Notes under the pieces: generated by a model
Database searches by the model: none
What the model was told of the DNA's origin: nothing
What the model saw: the letters and a program-made list of their open reading frames with translations, nothing else
Made by a program: the position numbers and the translations under genes
Shown: positions 8,720 through 16,713 of the stretch, piece after piece
How the letters are laid out: the number at the start of each line of letters is the position of its first letter
Position numbering within the stretch: the first letter of the stretch is position 1
Assembly: GCA_965248055.1 (NCBI GenBank)
Contig: CBDFIJ010000002.1
Coordinates: 1 to 16,713 of the forward strand
Reading direction: 5' to 3'
Source: Candidatus Multivoradales bacterium
Lineage (GTDB): Bacteria; Acidobacteriota; Thermoanaerobaculia; Multivoradales; JAHEKO01
Length of the DNA stretch: 16,713 bases

Positions 8720-8833
8720 CTTGACCACGTCACACAGTATATAAGTCTAAGATTCTCAAAACGTTATTTGCCGGGAAAAGGCTTGTTGCCTAATTTATGC
8801 GCTTAAAGCTGGAATTTGTGCACAAAACTTGCC

Positions 8834-8841
8834 TACCTTTG
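8834..8841 (+). promoter_or_regulatory. Bacteroidota housekeeping promoter -7 element upstream of pckA
   Basis: TACCTTTG matches TAnnTTTG exactly, 68 nt before the ATG. The nearest upstream TTTG (8815-8818) is 15 nt away, shorter than the usual 19-21 nt. Confidence 0.6.
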
Positions 8842-8909
8842 TCCTGACAATATGGATGACGCGCTGATGAGTTTACTCTTGTCGGCTTTTTTGTTTAATT
8901 CAACGTCTT

Positions 8910-10511
8910 ATGGTTCAAAATACAGCTGCAGAGCTTTCCCAATTAGGAATCAATAACCCCTCCAAAATCCATTACAACCTGTCTGCCGAACAGTTGGCGA
9001 ATGCCACGCTTGAGCAAAAACAAGGCGTGTTGTCGGATAAGGGTGCGCTTGTCATACGAACGGGAAAATTTACCGGTCGGTCGCCTAAAGACCGATACAT
9101 CGTATTGGACAGATTGACTCAAAGTACAGTGGATTGGGGAATAGTTAATATTCCCGTTTCCGTTAAAAAATTCGATGCGCTCTACGACAAGGTATGTGCA
9201 TACCTGGACAACAAAGAAATTTACGTCAGGGAGGCTTTTGCCTGTGCAAATCCAGATTACCGTTTAGATATACGCTTGATTACCGAATTTCCCTGGAGTA
9301 ATCTTTTTGGGTACAATATGTTTCTGCGACCAGATAATACTGAGTTCAAACCGGATTGGACCATTTTGTGTGCACCGGGTTTTCTGGCTGATCCGGAGGA
9401 GGATGGAACGCGAAATGAAAATTTTGCGATTATCAATTTTTCAAAGAAGTGTATCATCATTGGCGGAACAGGCTACACGGGCGAAATAAAAAAAGGCATT
9501 TTTTCGGTTTTAAACTTCCTGTTGCCACATAAGCACAATGTATTGACAATGCACTGCTCGGCCAATTATGGCCAAAACAGTGATACCGCTGTCTTCTTTG
9601 GTCTATCGGGCACTGGTAAAACAACGCTATCCACGGACCCTGAGCGGGAATTAATAGGTGATGATGAACACGGTTGGTCAGATCAGGGCGTTTTTAACTT
9701 TGAAGGAGGGTGTTATGCCAAGTGTATTGATTTGTCCGCAGAAAAAGAACCAGAAATCTATAAGGCCATTAAGCCAGGTGCAGTTCTAGAAAATATCATT
9801 TTCAAAGCCGGGACCAATGAACCGGACTATAATAATGACAGCATCACTCAAAATACCCGGGTGTCTTATCCCATATTCCATATTCCAAACGCGCGCAAAC
9901 CCTCAGCAGGGGGGCATCCATCAAATATTTTCTTTTTGACCTGCGACGCATTTGGTGTCCTGCCTCCCATATCTAAATTGACGCCCGGTCAGGCCATGTA
10001 CCACTTCATTTCAGGTTATACCGCCAAAGTGGCCGGTACAGAAGAAGGAATTACCGAGCCGCAAACCACTTTTTCGGCTTGTTTTGGCGCACCTTTTTTG
10101 CCCTTGCACCCTACCCAATACGCTGAAATGCTGGGCGATAAAATGAAAAAACATGAAGTCAATGTATGGATGGTCAATACCGGATGGACTGGTGGTTCAT
10201 ACGGAGTAGGTAGCCGTATAAAACTGAAGTTTACACGGGCCATGATCTCAGCTGCACTCAAAGGCCAGCTGGATAAAATTGAATACGTGGAACACGAAAT
10301 CTTCGGGTTGTTGATGCCAACTATGTGCCCAGGAGTTCCAGATAATATGCTGAATCCGATGAACACCTGGCAAGACGAATCCGAGTATAAAAATGTCGTT
10401 GATAAACTCGCATTGGCATTTGTCAAGAACTTTAGAAAATTCGAGTCTAAAGCCGCTACTGAAATATTGGAAGCAGCCCCTAAGGTGGGTATTGCTTCGT
10501 CGTTCAAATAA
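8910..10511 (+). CDS. pckA: Phosphoenolpyruvate carboxykinase (ATP)
   Basis: TGRSPKD, YTGEIKKGIFS, P-loop FFGLSGTGKTTLS, LIGDDEHGW, NFEGGCYAK, NTRVSYP, FSACFGAPF. Confidence 0.98.
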   Translation: MVQNTAAELSQLGINNPSKIHYNLSAEQLANATLEQKQGVLSDKGALVIRTGKFTGRSPKDRYIVLDRLTQSTVDWGIVNIPVSVKKFDALYDKVCAYLDNKEIYVREAFACANPDYRLDIRLITEFPWSNLFGYNMFLRPDNTEFKPDWTILCAPGFLADPEEDGTRNENFAIINFSKKCIIIGGTGYTGEIKKGIFSVLNFLLPHKHNVLTMHCSANYGQNSDTAVFFGLSGTGKTTLSTDPERELIGDDEHGWSDQGVFNFEGGCYAKCIDLSAEKEPEIYKAIKPGAVLENIIFKAGTNEPDYNNDSITQNTRVSYPIFHIPNARKPSAGGHPSNIFFLTCDAFGVLPPISKLTPGQAMYHFISGYTAKVAGTEEGITEPQTTFSACFGAPFLPLHPTQYAEMLGDKMKKHEVNVWMVNTGWTGGSYGVGSRIKLKFTRAMISAALKGQLDKIEYVEHEIFGLLMPTMCPGVPDNMLNPMNTWQDESEYKNVVDKLALAFVKNFRKFESKAATEILEAAPKVGIASSFK

Positions 10512-10690
10512 GGCATATACTCATAGCACCGTAAAGCAACTCGTTTTCAGGCCTCTATATATTAAATAGTTGAGATTCGAAATCAGCATCCGAATCAAAG
10601 TCAATTATCAGGCTCAATAGCTATCTTAGCCTTCGAATGCCGACTGTTGTTTTGCATTTGGCAATGACCCAAATTTGAGAACCAATCTAC

Positions 10691-11431
10691 ATGCTGAAAG
10701 GTTTAATAGTAGACGATGAAAACCGGGGACAACGCATCTTGTCCACACTTTGCAAAGACTACTGCGAAGACCTGAACATCATCGGGACGGCTTCATCAGT
10801 CTCTTCAGCCACTGAAATGGTGGATACGCATCAACCGGACCTTGTTTTTCTCGACATTGAAATGCCACTCGAAAACGGTTTTGAGTTACTTGAAAAATAT
10901 AAAGACAATCCCCCGTTTGAATTCATTTTCACCACAGCTTATGAAAAGTATGCCTTAAAGGCGCTTAAGACCGCAGCTATTGACTATCTGCTTAAGCCAA
11001 TTGAAATTGATTCTTTGGTGCAAGCCGTTCGAAAAGCAAAGCGCAAAATCTCCGAGGAAAAGGAACGCTTGGTACAAGCTGATTTAAGCACCAATCAGGA
11101 TAAAATTGCACTTACCACCACAGAGGGTTTTAACTTCGTAAAGTTCGATGAAATAATCCGATGCGAGGCTCAGGGTAATTACACCAATGTTTTTCTGACG
11201 GACGGCAGTTCATTGCTCATTACAAAAACCCTAAAACATTACGAGCAACTGCTTGAGCCAAAATATTTTTTCAGAGTGCATAAATCACATCTGATCAATC
11301 TGAGATTCATCAGAAAGTTCATCAAAGGCAAGCGCAGCTATGTTGAAACGCTTAATGGAGAAACCATTGAGGTATCCGCACGAAAAAGAGACAGTTTGCT
11401 AAAGCGTCTCTCGGATCAATCACCCGACTGA
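10691..11431 (+). CDS. LytR/AlgR-family response regulator (REC + LytTR DNA-binding domain)
   Basis: IVDDE, VFLDIEMP (phospho-Asp), FTTAY, DYLLKP; LytTR motifs EAQGNYT and FFRVHKSHLIN. Confidence 0.95.
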   Translation: MLKGLIVDDENRGQRILSTLCKDYCEDLNIIGTASSVSSATEMVDTHQPDLVFLDIEMPLENGFELLEKYKDNPPFEFIFTTAYEKYALKALKTAAIDYLLKPIEIDSLVQAVRKAKRKISEEKERLVQADLSTNQDKIALTTTEGFNFVKFDEIIRCEAQGNYTNVFLTDGSSLLITKTLKHYEQLLEPKYFFRVHKSHLINLRFIRKFIKGKRSYVETLNGETIEVSARKRDSLLKRLSDQSPD

Positions 11432-11500
11432 TTATTTACCAGGCCCACATAATAATTCAAGCCCGTTTTCCATTATATTGTTGTCAGCTCTTTTGAAGTA

Positions 11501-14500
11501 TTGCGCATAATCCACACAATTCTTCTTTTTTCATTGCTGGGCACCTTGTGCGCCCAAAAAGTGCAATGGGCGTCAAAAGTTTTCCAATCTTCTGGATATT
11601 CAAAGGAAAAAATTTATGAAGGCTTTCATGCCCCTGGACAGATCTTAGGAGTCCCCAATGCCCTGGGGTCTAACGGCAATGATGAATGGGCCTGGCGACC
11701 ATCTAAACCGGGAGCCCCTGACGGTGCATATATCATGGTTGGCTTCAAAGTTCCAATGCGCATACAACAAATCGCTATTGCGAGAAAGCATGAATGCCGG
11801 GTCCATATCGGAAATCATAATCTACGATACCAAAAATAAGGCGCATACCCTTTATGCAAACAAAACGCCGAAAGCGCTTTTTTATCCTGTGCGCATGTTT
11901 CGACATAAATTCCCGCTAACCTTGTACAAGGTTAAAAAACTCAAATTGATTTTGAATACTCAGGCGGTTTCGGGCTTCAATGATATAGACGCCATTGCTA
12001 TTTCTTCGCAAAAAGAGGATATAAAAACCAAGGTTAACTCAGTTCAGTATGGAAAAGACATCGCTGAACCACAAAACCTTGGACCTGCGGTAAACAGTTC
12101 GTATGATGAACGGTTACCAATTATTTCACCAAATGGAAAAACCTTGTTTTTCGCAAGAAAAATGGACCCAAGAAATGTCGGCACCGATGACAAGGACGAT
12201 ATATGGGTATCTCACTTGATGAAAGACGGCACCTGGAGCACGGCAATAAATGCCGGAGGAACATTGAACACCAAAGAACACAATTTCGTGGTGGCTTCAA
12301 ATATAACGGGTGATGTTTTGTATCTCGCCAATGATTATAAAACCGAAAGTGAAGGACTGTCGTATTCAAAAAAGAGAAATGGTCAATGGGCCAAGCCAAG
12401 GGTTTTTCAGATCACAGACCATGTGAATCGTTCAAAGTTTGTGTCCTATCACCTCAGTGTTGATGGGGATGTGTTGCTGATGAGTGTTCATCGTGACGAA
12501 GGTTTTGGTTATCGCGATTTTTATGTCAGTTTTCAAAAGGGAAATGATGTTTGGACCAGGCCAAAAAGTCTGGGGCCGATTATCAACACCGTTGGAGAGG
12601 AGAACACCGTCTTTCTTGCAGCCGACAACACGACGATTTATTTTTCCAGTAATGGGCATTACGGCTATGGTGGCCTGGACATGTTTATGAGCAAAAGGCT
12701 TGATGACAGCTGGACCAAATGGTCTCCTCCCAAAAACATGGGGGAACACATTAACACGCCTGCAAACGACTACAACTACACCGTACCGGCCTCTGGAGAT
12801 TATGCCTATTTCGCTTCAGAATTTCATACTTATGGCGGATCCGATCTGTTTCGAATCAGACTTCCTGAAGAATCCAGACCTGGGCCGGTAAAATTGATTA
12901 CTGGCAGGATTTTGCACAGTGACACGAGGGAACGCGTGGATGTTACATTAAAACCACTGGAAGATGATGCACTCGCTTTTGACGATTCTGAAAGCACCTA
13001 CACTTCGATCGTCAGACCGGGTGAAAATCATCAACCCACGATTGACATTGAAGGATATTACGCCGTTGCTGAAGTGGTGGATGAAAGCAAGGAAGAAGTG
13101 GATATCGATCCTGAGATGCTACAAAATGAAGAGACGTTAAAGGAGTTGAACATTGAAAAAGATCCAGAGGTCGAAGCGTTGCTAAACCAATTAAACAGCC
13201 TCCAAAAGGAAATTAACGTCTTAAAGGAAGAAGAGGTAGAAATCAAAAAGGAAGCGGCCAATGACCCTGAACTGGATGCACTTCGACAAAAATACGCCGT
13301 TTTCAACACCAGCAAAGAACCCAGAAATCGAAGAACGTCCAGACCGGAAAACAGGGATAATTTGAGACCCGCTTATATCCCACCAGATCGTCCTGCCAAA
13401 CGTGAAGAAAAAGTAGAAGAAACAGAAGAAGATGAGGTCGCTGCGATGAAGCGGAAGTTTTTTGCCTTGAATAATCCAGGCGAGACATATCGTGAAGAAA
13501 GCCCTGAGGCATCGGAGGTCGAGCCAGAGTCGGAAGTTGTGGATGTACAACCGGCGTCAATAGTAGAAGAAACACCAACAGTACTGGATTCTGTGAATGA
13601 AGAGGTGGAAAATCATGTGCCTATAACTGCTGAACCTCCGGCGCCTATTGAAGCACCTGAAATCGACTTTGAAGCAATCGAACGAGAGGTCCGCCAGCAG
13701 CTTAGAGAAGAATACAAAGACCAGGTATTAAACGAACTTGAGGGCGAACTGGCATCCGATGTTAAGAATCAATTGACATCGGAGTTGGAAGGTGACATTC
13801 GGAAAAAGCTAAGAGACAGTTTGTACAACACTGTTGAAGATGAGTTGAGGACAGGATTGACCTCGAATGTGCAGGACGAGTTGAAGAAGGATTTGAAAGA
13901 TGACGTTGAACAGGACTTGCGTACAGAAATGCAGGATGATATACGAGAGCGAATCATTGCTGAAGAACAAGCCAGAATCAATAACGAACTTAGAGATTCG
14001 ATGAAGGATGCGCTCGCAGAACAACTCAGGCGTGAATTGAGCGGTCCGGTGAAGAGAGAACTGAAGCGCGACATGGAATATGTGATCAAAAAGGAGTTGG
14101 AAGCTTCAATTCGCAAGGACCTGGAAGAAAAAATCAAGGCACAACTTGCGGAAGAATACGGACTTGCAGATGCTTCTGCACCTTTGAAGGAATACCAGGA
14201 GGTGAATCGGGATATTTTTCTCGTTCCAATCAAAGTAGGCCAGGTTATTCCATTGAATAATATCTTTTTTGATGTAAGAGAAGCCACTTTAAAGGAAGAA
14301 TCACAAGTCGAATTGAACAGAGCTGTGCTTTTCTTGGAAAAAAATTCAAATCTGATCATTGAAGTAAGTGGACACACCAACACGATGTGTTCGACTGGCG
14401 AATGTTTTAAATTGTCCAGGAATCGAGCCAAAACAGTGGCGAATTATTTTATTGCAGCTGGCGTTTCTGAAAATCAGATTAATCACAAAGGGTACGGAAA

Positions 14501-14591
14501 GTCGCATCCGGTTGCCTTTGGGAAAGGTAGCGCCGTGCATAAGAAAAACCAACGTGTTGAATTGAAAATTCTGGAAATTTTGGAAGATTAG
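11501..14591 (+). CDS. OmpA-family periplasmic protein (signal peptide, N-terminal beta domain, PD40 propeller, CRD-like domain with large acidic insert, OmpA_C), with a +1 frameshift near 11783
   Basis: ORF 11501..11839 supplies the signal peptide (LCA|Q) and joins ORF 11658..14591 as IQQIAIA-ESMNAGSI if one base at 11782/11783 is removed (1029 aa). PD40-type repeats (NLGPAVNS..DERLP.ISPNGKTLFF; SLGPIINT..EE...FLAADNTTIYFSSNGH..YGGLD). OmpA_C motifs LNNIFFD, GHTN, LS..RA, GYGKS.P, NQRVE. Confidence 0.85.
13680..14147 (+). repeat. 13 degenerate tandem 12-aa (36-bp) protein repeats
   Basis: EREVRQQLREEY/KDQVLNELEGEL/ASDVKNQLTSEL/EGDIRKKLRDSL/YNTVEDELRTGL/TSNVQDELKKDL/KDDVEQDLRTEM/QDDIRERIIAEE/QARINNELRDSM/KDALAEQLRREL/SGPVKRELKRDM/EYVIKKELEASI/RKDLEEKIKAQL. 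Confidence 0.8.
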
Positions 14592-14598
14592 TCAGGCT

Positions 14599-15534
14599 TC
14601 AATACCCTTCTACCATTTTGATTATGAAAAACCCGTCTTCACCCTGTTTTTGATAATGGGGCATGAGAATCAAGCCGCTGTAAGGTGCCCTGATTTCTCC
14701 CTCTCTATCTTTGGCAAGTACTTCTCCCTGATGCACCATTTGAAAGTTCTTATAGTCTGGCAACATAGTAAAGCCATCTCCATCGTTTAGCCGATGACAA
14801 TAAACCAATTTAGCCAACCTGGGCAAACGCATCGAATGCTCGATGAGCAATGCATCATGTCGATTTTCCACATCTTGCTCCAGAACAGCATCTATGGTAC
14901 GCATACAATTTATAATGGCGGCAATCGCCCGATTGGTGGATAGCTCTTCGTTGTGCTGGCCAGATTCGAAACAGACCGCCGTAATCGGCGTACCGAAATT
15001 TTCATTGTTGAAATAGTGGAGTATCGTACCAGAAATCCCGTCCAGCATTCCTTTGACTACAGGGGCATGGAGTTCGAGTGCGATTTCCAGACTTTCAGGA
15101 TCGTTGGTTGGAATGGTAAAGATACCGCCCGTTGCAGTGGTGGTATGCAAATCTAGAAGAATAACCGTTTCGGGTTGGTATTGTTCGATTTCCGTATCGA
15201 CGATTTTGATGATTTCCTTCATCTCGCGATCTTCAGCATCCAACAAATAGGACGACGTCTTCTTGACATGCTCAACACGGGCCTTTGTCCATTGACGATT
15301 CAGGTCCTTTTTAATAAATCGCCTTTCTTGCTTTAGTGCTTTTACGTTGCCCCTTAATCCAACGATGCGTCCGCGATAGTGAAAATTCGGATTGGTGATC
15401 GGCTCGACTTCGATCATCTTGAAAATGAGCTGAAGTGCATTCACCCCGGCAGGTTCATTTCCATGAATTCCTGCCAGGCAAATGAGTAGCGGCCCTTTTT
15501 CATGCCCGGTATATTCGCCAATGATACGTTGCAT
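14599..15534 (-). CDS. Succinylglutamate desuccinylase/aspartoacylase family (M14-like zinc hydrolase)
   Basis: GIHGNE (HxxE), DLNR, DLHT, FESGQH. ATG at 15534 is preferred over the track's TTG at 15555 because a TAnnTTTG box overlaps the latter. Confidence 0.88.
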   Translation of the reverse strand: MQRIIGEYTGHEKGPLLICLAGIHGNEPAGVNALQLIFKMIEVEPITNPNFHYRGRIVGLRGNVKALKQERRFIKKDLNRQWTKARVEHVKKTSSYLLDAEDREMKEIIKIVDTEIEQYQPETVILLDLHTTTATGGIFTIPTNDPESLEIALELHAPVVKGMLDGISGTILHYFNNENFGTPITAVCFESGQHNEELSTNRAIAAIINCMRTIDAVLEQDVENRHDALLIEHSMRLPRLAKLVYCHRLNDGDGFTMLPDYKNFQMVHQGEVLAKDREGEIRAPYSGLILMPHYQKQGEDGFFIIKMVEGY

Positions 15535-15552
15535 ATGCCCTCCAAAAGGCAA

Positions 15553-15560
15553 CAAATATA
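15553..15560 (-). promoter_or_regulatory. Bacteroidota -7 promoter element for the aspartoacylase-family gene
   Basis: Minus strand reads TATATTTG (exact TAnnTTTG), 18 nt upstream of ATG 15534, in the gap after the rpoN stop. Confidence 0.55.
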
Positions 15561-15584
15561 CCGATAATCCGGGTCAAAATAAGC

Positions 15585-16712
15585 CTAGAGCTGCTTCCGT
15601 AACCGGGCTACAGGCACACTCAGCTGTTCACGATATTTTGCAACCGTTCGTCGTGCAATATTGTAGCCTTTATCTATAAGAATGTTTTTCAGCTTTTCAT
15701 CCGAAAGTGGCTTGCGTTTGTTTTCTTCACTGATCACTTCTGTCAGGATATTCTTCACTTCCAAGGTCGAAACCTCTAATCCATCTTTTGTCTGCAACGA
15801 TTCAGAGAAGAAGTCTTTGAGTCGCTTGGTACCGAACTCTGTCTGGACAAATTTTGAATTGGCTACGCGTGATACAGTGGAAATATCCAGTCCCGTTATT
15901 TCCGCAATATCTTTTAGAATCATCGGCCTGAGCTTGCGGTCATCACCTGAAAGAAAGTAAGCTTGCTGAAATTGCATAATGGAGTACATCGTCTTGTACA
16001 TGGTCTGTTGACGCTGCTTGATGGCATCGATAAACCATTTGGCCGAGTCTATTTTTTGCTTTATAAAGAGAACGGCCTCTTTTTCTTTTTTCGACGTCTT
16101 TTTCCCCTTCTGAGACTCTTTGAAATTTCTCAACAAGTCTTTATAGTGGTCGTTTATTCTAAGATCGGGCGCATTTCTACTATTGAGATCCAATTCCAGG
16201 TCTCCCTCCTTGTTTGTAATGATGAAATCGGGTACGATGTAATAGGTGACCCTGTTTCTCGCATTCGTGAAACCAGATGCCGGTTTGGGATTGCATTTCA
16301 AAATTTCGTCAATAGCTGCTTTTAGCTCTTCTTCGATGAGGTTAAGGTGCTTTTGGAGTTTTTGATAGTGCTTCTTTGAAAATTCATCAAAGAAATCACC
16401 TATAATGGTCCGCCCAAGTTGTAGACTGTCCGTTTCACCTACTTCGTAGTCGGCTTTCAACAATCTCAAATCCAACTGGATAAGCAAGCATTCCCTTAAA
16501 TTCCGCGCGCCAATACCCGGCGGATCCAATCTCTGAATCATACCAATCAAAAGATCGATTTCCTCCTCATTGGCAAAAACATTCTGCGAGAACATCAAGT
16601 CATCAATGATGGCCACCGGTTCCCTCCGCAGATAGCCGTCTTCATCGATACTCCCGACTATTTGCATGGCTATGGCACGCTCACGTTCATCCAATTGAAG
16701 CATATTCAGCTG
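15585..16712 (-). CDS. rpoN: RNA polymerase sigma-54 factor (5'-truncated by the window edge)
   Basis: DEDGYL, DPPGIGARNLRECLLIQL, HTH LKDIAEITGLDISTVSRVANSK, RpoN box ARRTVAKYRE. Frame is open to the window edge. Confidence 0.97.
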   Translation of the reverse strand, partial: QLNMLQLDERERAIAMQIVGSIDEDGYLRREPVAIIDDLMFSQNVFANEEEIDLLIGMIQRLDPPGIGARNLRECLLIQLDLRLLKADYEVGETDSLQLGRTIIGDFFDEFSKKHYQKLQKHLNLIEEELKAAIDEILKCNPKPASGFTNARNRVTYYIVPDFIITNKEGDLELDLNSRNAPDLRINDHYKDLLRNFKESQKGKKTSKKEKEAVLFIKQKIDSAKWFIDAIKQRQQTMYKTMYSIMQFQQAYFLSGDDRKLRPMILKDIAEITGLDISTVSRVANSKFVQTEFGTKRLKDFFSESLQTKDGLEVSTLEVKNILTEVISEENKRKPLSDEKLKNILIDKGYNIARRTVAKYREQLSVPVARLRKQL

Positions 16713-16713
16713 C

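Noticed and set aside
8818-8832. Sigma-54-like site GTGCAC-AAAAC-TTGC upstream of pckA
   Set aside because: It lacks the invariant -24 GG dinucleotide; the adjacent TAnnTTTG box is a better promoter candidate.
8863-8880. CTGATGAG resembling a hammerhead ribozyme core or the 3' end of a fluoride riboswitch
   Set aside because: No GAAA or stems I/III for a hammerhead, and no 5' GGNGAUG stem for the fluoride riboswitch.
10574-10596. Inverted repeat GATTCG-N11-CGAATC between pckA and the LytTR gene
   Set aside because: Only 6 bp with a long loop and no U tract; too weak to call a terminator or operator.
13680-14147. 36-bp periodicity as a possible CRISPR array or DNA tandem repeat
   Set aside because: The repeat is visible only at protein level; there are no conserved nucleotide repeats or spacers and no cas genes.
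13769-14431. 220-aa antisense ORF, and other overlapping ORFs such as 10016..10516, 3635..3949, 4265..4615 and 15963..16325
   Set aside because: Shadow frames of well-supported genes with Ser/Phe-rich composition and no recognisable motifs.

Overview
Bacteroidota chromosomal window, plausibly Saprospiraceae/Chitinophagia-like (inferred from a T9SS sorting domain, signal peptides ending in A|Q and TAnnTTTG promoter boxes). Gene order: 3' end of bamA; bidirectional terminator; a T9SS-cargo S1 serine protease gene split by a 159-bp palindromic MITE-like insertion; rlmN; a DUF3089 hydrolase (frameshift in a T9 tract), histidine kinase and TonB-dependent receptor; pckA; a LytTR response regulator; a large PD40/OmpA-domain protein (+1 frameshift) carrying a ~370-aa acidic insert with 13 tandem 12-residue repeats; a succinylglutamate desuccinylase/aspartoacylase-family gene; and the 3' part of rpoN. 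The two most unusual signals are the rod-shaped palindromic element, whose precise removal rejoins the protease to its secretion signal in frame, and the strict 4-residue hydrophobic periodicity in the OmpA-family protein. Most of the window is ordinary housekeeping sequence, and I see no multi-gene novel system that I can support.
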